Assembly (NCBI RefSeq): GCF_025526975.1
Contig: NW_026515669.1
Span: forward strand, 1,302,001-1,366,000
Source: Fimicolochytrium jonesii
Taxonomy: Eukaryota
Direction of reading: 5' to 3'
Length of the DNA stretch: 64,000 nt
Part shown: piece after piece, positions 25,751-37,925 of the stretch
Position numbering within the stretch: the first letter of the stretch is position 1
Layout of the letters: every line of letters starts with the position of its first letter
Made by a program: the position numbers and the translations under genes
Notes under the pieces: model-generated
What the model was told of the DNA's origin: nothing
Seen by the model: the letters and a program-made list of their open reading frames with translations, nothing else
Database searches by the model: none

Positions 25751-26361
25751 GCTCCGACGTTAACTATGGGTGGCGAGGATCCCGTTGCGAATACTGGAGG
25801 CCGGAACTTCCCTTCCCGGGCGAGATCTAGCAGTCCGCTGTAGATATTCGGAGGAGCAACCTGAAGAAGTTTGGGCGTCGATCGACGTCGTTCCGTGACG
25901 AGGCGTGGCGCCATTCAATTTGCGGTCATTCCACCACCGGGGAGGTTAGGGTTACGACACATCAACTACTTGCGACGGAGCAGTCTGCTGCAATATCTTG
26001 GAACCCTCGGGGAACTAGGAGCCTTCTGCAGGTGGCAATAGTTTTCAACACGTAGGAAAAACACCGATCGAGAAGTCAGAGCGATCCACCCCATCTACTG
26101 CGATGGTTTTGTGCCGTTTTCTTGAGAGGAAAGACTTATCATTATTTCACTTTACTTCTCCTTTCTAAATGTAAGCACATCAACGTCTATTTGACAGAAT
26201 GAAAAAATAAACGAATACCAACATGCGCTTCTCAACACATGACATGGGGTTGATGGGATGAAAATTCTACGATATACAGCAGCGGCGATAGAGACCACTA
26301 ATTGGGATGCCAACATAGATGGATAATGAGATATATGATGCGAACCCGAGGCGTTCAACGC

Positions 26362-27691
26362 TCAGATGAAGAGGGCGGCGATGGCGGCAAAGACACCAGC
26401 AGCCAGGGACACCTGCTGGCCGGTCGCTCCGTTGTTGACGGAGATGGCGGTGGTGCTTGGGGATGGGGCGGCGGTCGCTCCGGGCGTCACAACGACGGTT
26501 GCCTGGGAGACGTTGATGGAGGTGGAGACCGCTGGGGCCGCGGTGGCTGTGGCGCTGGCAATGGCGCTAGAGGCGACGGTGGGGGGTGCCGTGCCGTTGA
26601 GGTAAGGGGACAGACCAAGGCACTGTCCGACGGTCTGGATCTTCAATGGGAAGTTCGGGGTCGCGCCGATAGCGTTGAGGACGGCGATGGAGATGGCCGT
26701 GGTGTTGGGTGTGATGTTGTGCTCCAGGGAGATGAAGCCGGGTTGGGCCTTGAACCAGCTCTGCACGAGTGGGACGGTGGTAGCGAGACCAGCGCTGCCA
26801 AGAGTGTCTCCGGTGTCGCGGTCACCTTGCCAGAGGATGTTCTTGTATCCAAGGGCGGCGATGATGGCGCGGACACGGTCGTCCTGGTCACCGTAGGGGG
26901 GACGGAAGAACGCGGGACGCACACCGATGGTGTTGACGATGAAAGCTTCGGTGTAGAGAATCTCGGCAACGATTTGCTCGTTGGTCTCGGACGTCATGGC
27001 GGTGTGCGTCCAAGTGTGGACACCGATCTCGTGGCCCGCGTCGTAAATTGCCTTCAGGGTAGCCGGGTTGTAGTAGGCGGGGGAACCGGCAACGAAGAAG
27101 GTAGCCTTCTGGTTGTTAAGCTTGGCGAGAGCGGCCAACAGGTCGTTGGAGTTGGGGCTGTCAGGTGCGGCAGTGGGTCCATCGTCGTAGGTGAGCTGAA
27201 GAGAAAGGTAACAGGAGTTTAGAAGACTGCCAGGTGTGCACCTTGTAGAATGCAATATGAATACTTACACCCCATGTGTTGGCCGCAGTGCAAGTAGCAA
27301 GATCCACAGCCCTCCTGCATCCGGTACCTCCGTAGCAGTTGGTAGCCTGACCAGCCGCACCGCCGGGGTAGACGACGGTGCCGTTAGCGTTGATAGTCGA
27401 CCTGTTTAGGGCGAGGATGGCCGGAGGGACAGCAGCGGTCACCCGCTTCATACCCTCAACGACCAAAGGAGCCTGCAAAAGAGCGGGGATGTTGATGGTG
27501 CCCTTTGTTTGGTCCGGGTCCGGCCACGAGGTGGGCATGTTGGGGTAGTTGACACCAGCAGCGACGGGGGCGTTGGCAGGGAGAGGACCGGCAACATGCG
27601 CAGGTTTGGCCGGGGCGGCCGGGGTGCCGGTGGCCTGGGCATGGACGGCCACGGCCGTGCTGAAAACAGCGAGAGCGAGACGGGGGAACAT
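26362..27691 (-). CDS. Chitin deacetylase (CE4/NodB), secreted, likely GPI-anchored
   Basis: Signal peptide MFPRLALAVFSTAVAVHA; intron 27268-27196 gives TWG|LTYDDGP. Also HEIGVHTWTH, RPPYG and FISLEHN, then an S/T/A-rich stalk and hydrophobic tail (NNGA..SLAAGVFAAIAALFI). Confidence 0.93.
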
Positions 27692-27917
27692 TTTCGGTCG
27701 ATTGAGGCTGTAGTAGGGGTGAGAAAAAAGTGTGAGAATGTGAATAACAAGGGTCCTCGTGCGTTGGCCAAGGGAGGGAGAAGCACAGGTTGTTGTCTTG
27801 GTGATAGCAACTGTGGTAGCATATCCTTTAGGGTACTCTAGCAGCAACTCACCTGAGAATGTTCTGACAAATGGTTGTGTGGGGAATGTTGCGGGGGGGT
27901 TTGGCACAGTCTCCCCG

Positions 27918-27924
27918 TTTTATA
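27918..27924 (-). promoter_or_regulatory. Putative TATA box of chitin deacetylase
   Basis: TATAAAA(CGG) on the minus strand ~230 bp upstream of the ATG; same TATAAAACGG context as at 17741. Confidence 0.4.
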
Positions 27925-28822
27925 TGGATTTGCAGTTCATTTATAGTAGCTGTGGGATGGGGGAGGGGGGGATAAGTTGACCGCGCCCTCGTGCATGGCG
28001 CATTGGCGTGTTTTGCGGGGTTGTGTTTTGGTGCCACAGGAGTGATGCCTTCCGTTGGCCCCTGATTACGACTGCCGTGATTTGCGACGAAATGATTAGC
28101 AAAAAGATTAGCGAGCATGGCTTTTTCTGGTGCCAAGAACGTTGCCCTCCTTATCCAGCCTGTCGGGTCCCAATGAAAAGCGCAGCGTCAGGGCCTCACA
28201 GCGGCCTTGTGCCATGTTCGAAAATCCACTGGCACAGCCCCTTGCTTCTTTTTCGCGTTCGCCTCCATCCCGTGCCAAATGCCCGGTCCGCGGGCTGCGA
28301 ATTCGGAATGTTCTGCAATCCGGGCATCCCGGTATCCATATTCATCAGGGTAAACTCCGCTTGCCTGTCAATTAATCGCAATTCGATTCTTGTTGTGGTC
28401 ATGTCGGTGTGGGCGTCGTTGCTGCCCCGATATCACATCCCCATTATCTCGATTATTTTTTTTCAAAGCCTTATCAAAGAACGGCAAGAGCGATGGACGC
28501 TGTACAGTAACATGGTGACGCCTTTTAGTAAGCCATTGAAATGACGCATCGTGACCGCTCTTGAGCGTGAATTGGCGTTCAGCCGGCGGCGACGATCCGA
28601 CGGTCAGTCGAAGTTGTTGGTGTATGGCACTATGAGATACGAAGATTGCGAACGCCGGATGTCGCTTTTTCTTGTTGTACGGTTCCGGGCCGGTACAGTA
28701 TAACATGGTATTCATTAATAAGTCCAAAACACAGAAGTCCATTAAACTATAAACAAAAGCACAAAATCCCGTGGGTAAACAAAAAACAAGTCCTGAAAAT
28801 TGAACATCTCATAGAAGGTCCC

Positions 28823-30777
28823 TCAAACTACCTCCCCCCTCCCCGGGTATCTAAACCTAATAGCCATCGACGCCAACATACTTATCCCACCAACCGCAGC
28901 GAGGATGAAAAAAGACGCATTGGGCATATTGGCAGCGGTAGCGGTGAAGATGGCGCTGAAGAGTTTGATGACGGCCATGAAGGATGTGGAGAGGAGCAGG
29001 TCGTAGACGGAGTTGACCATGCCGTAGGCTTCTTTTGGGGTGAGTTCGAAGACGATGTTGCGGATTTGGAGGGCGGCGAGGGAGCCGATGCAGTTGATCG
29101 GGATGACTAGGGGTAAAAACGGGAGGGTGTATTGTAAGCCAAGTGAACCATACCAAGAGGGAAAGAACGTTCCCCGAAACTTACTTGCAAACAACATCCA
29201 CGACCGATCAGCAAAGGCAAACAAAAGGGAGTGCACGATGCAAAACGCAAAGTAGACCCGCACTTGCGTCAACGCCAATCTCATATTAAAGATCTTGTTG
29301 CGTGGGTCCTCCTCATCCACCTCCTCCCCGTCGCTCGCCTCCTGCGGATTCCCCGCGCCCACCCCCGCCGGCAAAGGCGCATACTCCAGCTCCCCACTCA
29401 TCCGCCTCCTCAACCACCGATCAACGAACCCCAAAACAACCACGTTCGCAATCGCCCCCAATGCGCTATGTTCCATCGTATAGACGCTGTTCTCCCACGT
29501 CGTCCATCCAAACACCTTGGCTGTGTAGAACGGTAACAGGAATGTGGGCACGTTCCGTTCCGTCGAGGAGGCGATGGCGGCGAAGACGACGAGAAGGGGG
29601 ATGCGGCTGAGGTTCCTTTTGTAGGCAAGGAGGAGGTTGGTGAGGCGTTTGCACAGGGGTTCCCGGGCGGTGGGGGTGGTGGTGGGGTCGGCGATGTCCA
29701 CGGGTTTGGTTTCGGGGACGAAGAGAATGTAGAATAGTGAGGTTATGATGGCGCCGACTGTCGACATAGCGAAGGCTAGCTCGAAGGATGAGGTATACTG
29801 CGGCGATATGAGTTGAAGGTGAGTTGATTGCAAGCAGGGACTGAGGTTGATGTGTGGACGAGAAAAGCATCGTCCTTTCTCACCTTGACGACTGCACCGC
29901 CGATAAATGTTCCCAGGAGCATCCCCACCATCGCGACTCCGTTCAATATGCCCAAGTTTCTAGATCTCTCATCCGCCTAATGTAAGAAGGCCTCGGATGA
30001 GTTTTCGGCGACTTCCAAGCAGATCGAAAGGTGGACACTAACCGGCGAGATGTCGGCAATCGAAGCTACGATCACCATGAGCGGCACCGCAACACCTCCA
30101 CAGATCCCCAACGAGAACTTCCCCGCCGCCAGCACCACCAACCCAAACGTCTTGGACCTTAACACAAACATCTGGGACGCGCAGTCCAGAATCATGCCCA
30201 GCATCCACACCATCACGACCTTTTTGCGCCCATAGGTGTCTGACAGGTGACCTGCGATCAAGGTCGTTATGAGGGATGGGAGGACGACTAGTGTGACGAG
30301 GAGGGACCCGAACTCGGATGCGGGGCCCACGATGGCGGGTAAGGTGCAGTCGGTGGTTTCGGTGCCTTCCGTTGCGTAATAGTCATCTTTGAAACATTTT
30401 TCGAATGTGAGTACCTCTAGTCATGATGGGAAAAGGCAGATCTGACACATTGACGGACCGCAAAATCGCTTCATGATAGCCTGATCCAGCACCTGGCTAG
30501 AGATCGCAATAGCGAAATTGATGAGACCCGCAGTAATGGAAATGAGTGCCACAATCCTCTTGCTGTCTGGGTACGCATTTGCCGGTGGGTCTTTGTCCAA
30601 GTCCAGGAGCCGTTCTTGTTCAAGAAGGTGGCTGGTCTCCATTGGGCCGTCAACGTCGCCCATGTCTAGACCGGTTGTCGGGTGCCAACGCCCAACGGAA
30701 GGTGGCGGTTCACGGTGTGAAAGTCGCTCGTGCTCGCCAAGAGGGGCAGTCCCCGCCGAGTCCTCAGAGTATGGCAT
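28823..30777 (-). CDS. Major facilitator superfamily transporter (SLC46/TetA-like)
   Basis: Multi-exon, many hydrophobic helices; MFS motif A GHLSDTYGRK; ASIADISP; FYTAKVFGWT. Likely ATG 30777 (MPYSEDSA). Confidence 0.85.
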
Positions 30778-32230
30778 TGTGGGTGGGTGGTAATAGTGTG
30801 CTGTATTGTAGTTTGAAATTGCTTCTCCCAAATGCCACTCCCGCCTTATATACAGTACGCCGTTGCGTACTCCAACAAACGCAGTGGTAAGGGAAGGAAA
30901 GGAGTCTACAGTAAGACCAAGAAAGCACCCCCACGAGACAGAGGGTATCGACACTATCTATGTTATGTATGTACAGTACTATGTGCAGGGAGCGTGTGAA
31001 AAGGGCACGAAGGTTGTCGGTTGAGGTGTTCGTGGGAGGCCATGAAGCGCCAAGCAGAGCGTCGTGGGAGGACAGCGCGAGAACAAACGTCATCAGCCAA
31101 GTTCCAGCGCCCACCCATTGGGACCCAACCTTACTGTCACCCAACCCTACTGTCGTAGTAGGAAAGGCAACCGTCCGCTTATCGCACTTCGCACTGCGCA
31201 AATCATTCCTTTAATCTTGATCGCGAGCACGTGATGTACCGCTTTTAAAGACCTGGACTTCCTGAGAGCGGCCTTCCTGGTTCGCTGCCCAATGGAAGAT
31301 CAAAACAGGCCGGGAGCTACAGTATCGACAGTAAGTTTGCGAGCCGGCGGGTTGGTTCAGCAAAGTACGCGTGGGCAGGTGCTGATGATGGTGGCGATCT
31401 TGGATGGTGGGAACGGTGGGAGTGGCATCGGTATGTGGCGGGCGCATCTGGGGTGAATGTGACCATACAAATGACTCCTACGGGATTCCATCGTTTGGGG
31501 GAGGATATAGCAAACCTGAAAAGTCCCGGAAACGACGTCGAGGGGAAGAAGATTTTATTAGCAACAGAGGCCCGCTCGCGGATGGATTCGACTGAACGAC
31601 GCCATTCGGACGAAGTTGCGTATTTCACCATGGCTATTTTTTGAAGTCTTTAGGGAGCAGTGAAGGCCGGATTTAGAGAGAAGGCGGGAGATTGGGATTG
31701 CCCAATGAAGACAACAACGAACCATTGCTCCAATTCAACTTCAAATGACTTCACATTGAATACACTCTTGACATATCCGGGCTTACAGATTATGATTCGG
31801 TGAGCTTTTCTTCCTTGCCCGTGTACAATAATCTTTTCTTTTTTTTCCTGAATAAGGTGGCGCTAGTGACATGGAGCCGAAGCAAAATCCACAACGTTCG
31901 TCGCACTTTCAGAAGTTCAGGAACATCATGGTCGAAGGACAGAAGGAGGCAACAAAACGAGCACACTAGCAAACGTCTTATTTGCGAACAAAACTCTTAT
32001 GGTACAAAGACATCAACAACATACAACATCGAGAAAAACGAAACGACAAATGTCTAGATGGGCAAACGGGACTACACTACGTTGACCACCATTCTTCATT
32101 ACCAAGGTCTGCTTACTTCTAGAGTTAAAAACGGACGGAAGTGGGCGGTTAGGAAAATGTCGCGGCCGTGTGATGAAAACGAGATGTTACAGCTCACCAT
32201 CGCTACTCGTGTCGACACGGTCAGCATATC

Positions 32231-33470
32231 TTAATGTGCAGCCCCACCGCCACCGCCAGCACCGAACGGGGCCCCGCCGCCACCGAAGAGACCGCCTCCG
32301 CCGGGAGCAAAGATGCCTGTGCCGCCACCAAATCCGTCGGGTCCAAAGTCTATGGCAGGGGCAGGAGCAGCACCACCGGGAGCAGCACCTCCGGGAGCAG
32401 CACCACCGGGTCCGCCTACGGGTGCGCCACCGGGTCCGCCAGGCCCACCTTCGGGTGCGGGAGGACCTCCGGGTCCAGGTGCAGGTCCGGGTCCACCAGG
32501 TCCACCGGGCCCCCCTTCAGGTGCAGGATGATCTCCGAAACCAGGTGCAGGTCCAGGTCCGTCAGGTCCGGCATGGGGAGCACCTCCATCGAATCCGCCG
32601 GGAGCACCACCAGGTCCACCGGGTCCGCCAGGCCCACCTTCGGGTGCAGGAGGACCTCCGGGTCCAGGTGCAGGATGATCTCCGGGTCCAGGTGCAGGAT
32701 GATCTTCGGGTCCAGGCGCAGGATGATCTCCGGGTCCAGGTGCAGGTCCAGGTCCGCCAGGTCCGTCAGGGGGAGCAGCGCCGGAGCCGGGCATATGAGG
32801 AGCAGGAGCGGGGCCAGGGCCAGGAGCAGGAGGACCGCCTGCGTCAGGGCCGGGAGGTAGGGGAGGACCACCTGCGTCAGGACCGGGAGCTGGGGCGGGA
32901 GCAGGGGGAGCGCCTGCATCGGGGCCAGGGGCGGGAGGAGCATCGGGTGCGGGTGCCGGTGCTGGGATAGCGGGAGGAGGCGGAGGAGCATCGGCCGGAG
33001 GAGCTGGAGCGTCGGCGGAAGGAGCATCGGGCGGAGGAGCCGGAGCGTCGGCGGGAGGAGCATCGGGCGGTGGAGCTGGCGCGTCGGCGGGAGGAGCAGG
33101 AGCTGGAACGTCGGGAGCGGGAGTTCCAGCGGCTTGAATATGCGCCGTAACTGCTGCAATCGCCGCGTCATCCTTCTTGACATCGGCGTCCTCGGCTTTC
33201 TTGGTGGGCGTGGGCGTGGTAGTTACGGTCGCTGTGGTGCCTGCCATCGTCGCGGTCGTTGTGATTCTCTTCGGTTCGCCGGCGACGCCCGCGACGGGAT
33301 ATTGGGGGAGACCCTGCGATTGGAAGAATGAAGGAAGTCAGTCAGTCAGTCATCAGTAAAGGCGGACGTAGGGAAGCGAATCCACATGGACAGGTGGGTG
33401 CTCTCACCGAAACCGTGGTAGCCGCCAGGACGACTAACGCCGGGACGAGTATGAAGGTTGCGAACCGCAT
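32231..33470 (-). CDS. Secreted Pro/Gly/Ala/Asp-rich repetitive protein (~380 aa)
   Basis: Signal peptide MRFATFILVPALVVLAATTVS; intron 33407-33314 (GTGAGA..CTGAC..CGCAG) joins in frame to ORF 32231-33247. Repeats PPADAPAP, PGPGDHPA, GPGGPGG. Confidence 0.85.
32420..32760. repeat. Coding tandem and internal repeats (24-bp unit GGATGATCTCCGGGTCCAGGTGCA plus a duplicated ~50-bp block)
   Basis: The 24-bp unit repeats at ~32660-32745; gggtccgccaggcccaccttcgggtgc..ggaggacctccgggtccaggtgcagg occurs at ~32432 and ~32621. Confidence 0.85.
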
Positions 33471-33615
33471 GGTGAAGTATCAAGCTTTCACCAGAATTCT
33501 TGCTCGTTGTTTGTTGGCCGCCGATCGGGGATACTGTTTTGAAGTTCCGCAGACGGAATGAGCGATGTGATGTGGTGTGCTGTTGGGAAGGGACAGATGG
33601 CTCGGGACCTCACCT

Positions 33616-33622
33616 TTTTATA
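33616..33622 (-). promoter_or_regulatory. Putative TATA box of Pro/Gly-rich secreted protein gene
   Basis: TATAAAA ~150 bp upstream of ATG 33470. Confidence 0.45.
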
Positions 33623-34681
33623 AACCTGAGACCGAAGGATCTGGGCGAGGGAAAGGACGGCAAACTCGGGAATGAAGAGGGGCTGAGGCGCTGGCGGGTG
33701 GAGAGAGCAAGAAAACGTATAGGCATGGAGCGTGGAGAAGATCTGTGAAGTTCGCTCCGCAAATAGATCACCAACGAGCAATACCAAGATACGCTGGGCA
33801 TTTCTCTCTCTTTTTTCCTCATGCCTTTTTTCGGATTGGGGATGTTCTTGCATGCGGCGATGCATGCGGCGATGATCTTGCTCTCCAGATTTTGATAGAC
33901 CCAAAAGAAAATGAGAAAAGCCCCGTTTTTGCATGGCCTTGTGATTTCATTTCGAATGCATCGACTTGACGTATCATGTCAAATAGATGAGTGCATGTGG
34001 AGAGCAGATTGCAAAGTAATGTACTGTAGATGTCAAAAAAACAAGGCTGTGGGGGTCATTCAAGATTATGGGGGCAGGTACCGCTTCCTTTCTCGTTCGC
34101 CAAGACCGGTGATGTGCTCTCGGGCTGCTCCGCACTGGTACATAGGTGTCCAATCTTACCTGGAGGGGCAGGCGTCTGCAAAGGGAAGGGCAGAATTGAG
34201 CGGAGTGAGTGGGGGTATTGCCCAGGCATTTCGACAGCGCGATCTCGTCGAGTTCGACTGACTGCTTGCCCGTGGTTGAGAGATTTCGGCGATCTCGTTG
34301 AAAGTCTTCCGTCAAGGCACCCCGAAGAGGGAAGACCCCAACCGCATCGGAAGAAACAGAAATAGCATATCTGTTTTGCATACTGGCACAATATATTTCA
34401 TCATTTACAACACTATACGTCTTTTTGTAAATCACAACAGTCGAACCGCAGCGTCTCCGCATGCTGCGAAACTAAGCTTCCCAACATCCCCATGTAAACG
34501 GTAAGAAGACACACAGCCGGAAAACCAAAGATATACAGGGAAAAACACACTAAGTACGCGGGATACATAACGAGTCACGTCAAGGTGGATGGCCGAAGGC
34601 GAGGTTATTTCAGGCGGCCGAAACGGAAACGGTGTTGGTTGCGGAGAATGGACGGTGGCGTATTTCACATACGTTGATGGT

Positions 34682-36791
34682 TCAAGCGCCGAGGATGTTG
34701 CGGACGCCTGTTGCGTAATCACCGTTGAGTGCGGCGGTCTTGACTTCCCATAGCATGACTCCACCTGGCATTAACAGAGATTGATAAGTCCACCGATGCC
34801 CACCGCAGCGGAAATAGTCGCACAAAGGCTCAACCTACCAAACCGCGCAGAATAGCTCGTCTTCCACGCCTTCACAATATTTGCAATACTCGGCGTCGTT
34901 GCACCCGCCGCCGTCAACGGGACGTAGCTGCTCGCGGACGCGGCTGATATCGATGCGGGTGCGCCGACGAGGAGGCCGACGTTGGGGTTGACGGAGACAG
35001 TGTTTGCCCAATTGTACCAGAAGGTGACGGCGTCGCTCCAGGCGGAGGTTGGGAAGGCTGAGTTGCCGCATCTGGGGGAGAGGAGAAAGTTGTGTGTGTG
35101 AGGTTATGCAAGGACGGAAGGATGGGATGTGGTGAGGAGACTTACGCATTGTTGTACCACTGAATGTTGAGCCAGTCGAAGTATCCCTTTGCGTATGCGG
35201 TGTTTTGCAGTACGTCGGGGAAGAAGCATTGTGGGGCAGCTAAAATGGAACGGAAGAGATGAGGATCGGAAACCCTTGGTTACGCGAAAGAGAGGAATAG
35301 CAACTCACCAGTGGCGTAGAATTTCCTTCCACTCGCATTCATCAGACTGGTAATCTTGGGCATGAAGATATCATACCCATAATCGCTCCCCCCCTCAACA
35401 TCCAAGTCAAACCCATCGAGCACCACATCCTTTCCAAACGGCCTGTCGAACGTCGCATCCGTGCCGCCAAGGAACATATTCCACAACGCATTCGTAAACC
35501 GGTCGATATCCGCCGCATCTGTGAACCCCACCGACGCCAGCCCGCCGCCGAGGGATAGGATGACGACTTTCCCCAGGGCCTGGCATTTCTTGATGGCGGT
35601 GCCGACCTGCGGGCAGGAGAGGACGGTGCTGCCCGGAAAGGCTTCGCCGCAGTGGGAGGAGAGGTTGATGTCGATGGTGTTTTCGGTGTTGCGGAAGACG
35701 TTGGCGAAGGCGACGTTGATGACGTCGTAGGGGCCGTTGCAGTAGTCGTCGATTTCGAGTTCGTCGCCTGATGTGCCGCTGAGAGGGGGAAAATGGAAGT
35801 TAGGACGTTGCAATGAACGAATTTGGTAACGAGTAGAAATGTGCTTACAATGGCGTGTTTTGTCCCCAGTACCCAACCAAAAGCTTTCCAGCCTTGAGTT
35901 TGGCGAGAGCGGTAGCAGTGTTACCCGGGGTGGGTCCAGTCACGGGGGTAGCAACGGCCGACGGTGTAGTCCTTGGGGTAGAAGTCGTAGTGGGAGGCGT
36001 GCCAACGGACGGGCCATTATCAATCTGCGTAGCCGGTGCAGCAGTTGGTGTGGTGGCGGGAGCAGCCACCGGAGTCGACGGAACACTCGGGGTCGGTACA
36101 GCCACGGGCGTGTCGACAGGGATTTCAGACGGCGTGCTCACCGAATCTGACGAGCCTCCAACCATCTGCAACGCGAATTCGGGCGTCTCGAGATTAGCCG
36201 TCGTCAGCCCATCGTCCATATCCGCGCAGAATCCAGTGGTCTTGCTGCTTCCCGGCACGATCTTGTCGTTCCACTCGGCGGGTGTGACGGTGTATGTTTG
36301 ACCGTCGCCGTCCGCGTCTTCGGTGTAGTCGCCGCTCCAGCTGTTCACAAGGTTTGCGCCGGTTGGTAGGGTGATGTGCAGGGTCCATGTGGAGGAGACG
36401 ATGGTGGCGGGGTTGACGAGTTGGATGTGCGTGCAGAATCCTGTGTCCCAGATCTTTAGCGTGAAATCAACAGATCCTGTCCATGTGCTTTGACCTAGAA
36501 TGAGATAGTTGTGCGATCAGCGTTTCATTCACGTGTACATATTCACATTTCACTCCGAAAGAGGAGCAGTTTCTCGTGCTCACCAGCCAGTCCAGTCGGC
36601 TGAAGAAAGTTCATCGCGACTTCACGCGTTATGCCCTGCCGATACACCCGCGATTCCCATCGGTTGGTGGCTGACTCTGGCGCGGCGAAGAATCGAGCAA
36701 ACGGGCGCGCGAATGGCGACCGGAATGATGGAGCAGCGGACGCGTACGTTGCGCATAGCGCTAAAAGGAGTAGTGTCGTCGTGAACTGCAT
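34682..36791 (-). CDS. GH18 class III (Cts1/hevamine-like) chitinase with N-terminal CBM2 and Pro/Thr linker
   Basis: Signal MQFTTTLLLLALCATYASA; CBM2-like WDTGFCTHIQLVN..TWTLHITLPTGANLVNSWSG..TYTVTPAEWNDKIVPGSSKTTGFCA. Catalytic domain: VGYWGQN, KVVILSLGG, LDGFDLDVEGG (DxxDxDxE), AAPQC, FDWLNIQWYNN, GAPAS, GGVMLWE; stop at 34682. About 5 introns. Confidence 0.92.
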
Positions 36792-37925
36792 CTTGATAGC
36801 TCTTATGAGCGGTGGATAGATCAAAGTTTAGGGAAAGGACCTCAAGCGAAGATTGAGTGAACGGACGATAGGAGGATAGGCACGGTGTGTTCACGCTGCA
36901 ATCTTGCTCGATGCAGAAAAATCTCAGAGAGGATGGGGAATGACCGCCGCTCTTTTATGCAGGGGTGCTTGGACACGAAGGTATGCAAGAAAAATGGAGG
37001 CAAAAGTGAACGATGTAGCGACGTGCTCTACTCCGAGCAAACCATGCATTGCGCGGGTATAGAAGGGCCACCATGCCAAGGACCCAAAAGAATCCCGCCC
37101 GCATCACGTTCTGGGTGCCCGCATCAGCAAAAAGATCTTTTCTGGTTGGGTAAGGATATCGCATCATAGTAGCCAGCTCGGTTTCCCTGTGCAGAAGCAG
37201 CCGGGGTCTGGATTCTGGCGGCAACTTTAAACCAAAGCTAAAGCTGAGTAAGCTGGGGCTACGTTTTAAGCTTACACTTGTTACCTTGGGAATGCTTCCG
37301 GCCGGGGCAGCATGTCGAGAAGAACTTTAACCTTGTGCAGTTACGAGTTGCTCGTAAGCTCGTTCGAAGGGGCCCCGGTCAACAGGATGGAACCTCAGAA
37401 TCTCCGATTGTCCACGTCAGCTGGCGTTCCTCTCGTAAGCAGCTACCACGCGTTTTGACCCGAAACTCGACTTCAAACCAAAGGACCTAGACCTCCACAG
37501 TCACGAATGCATAGCAGTGCTCTGGCGAGGGAAGAAAAGTTCATTCTGAGTCCTGCACATGGCGGGAAAAACGCAAAGAGTCAACACTCATGCTCTCGCT
37601 CTCGCGATGGAGCCGACCATTTCAGCCTCCACCATCTCCGTGCGTTGAGCAGAGGCAGGTAAGAGTGTCGTCACTGGACCTCTCCACAGGTACGCATACG
37701 GCAGACATTTCAGGGCTAGGGATTGAATCGACGGATACGAGACTGGAAAGTGGGGATGGTTCAATGAGGATCATCAATGCTATCAGGGGAAGTCATGGAA
37801 CCCAGGTGGAGAGAAGTCAGCAAGGTCCGCCGTCAGAGGTGGGACCGTCAAAAAAGACGAACGGCGTGCGGTCGGAATGCTAAGATAGGAGCGCAATCCC
37901 GCGAATCAGCGAAATCTGCAAAGCG

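Noticed and set aside
26302..27222. 306-aa + strand ORF
   Set aside because: Antisense shadow of the chitin deacetylase.
32420..32760. Repeat array as a CRISPR
   Set aside because: Eukaryotic context, units are codon multiples and there are no unique spacers.
32170..33183. Long alternative-frame ORFs (32170-32970 +, 32234-32860 +, 32416-33183 -)
   Set aside because: Shadow ORFs of the GC-rich repetitive gene; only the Pro/Gly frame splices to a signal peptide.
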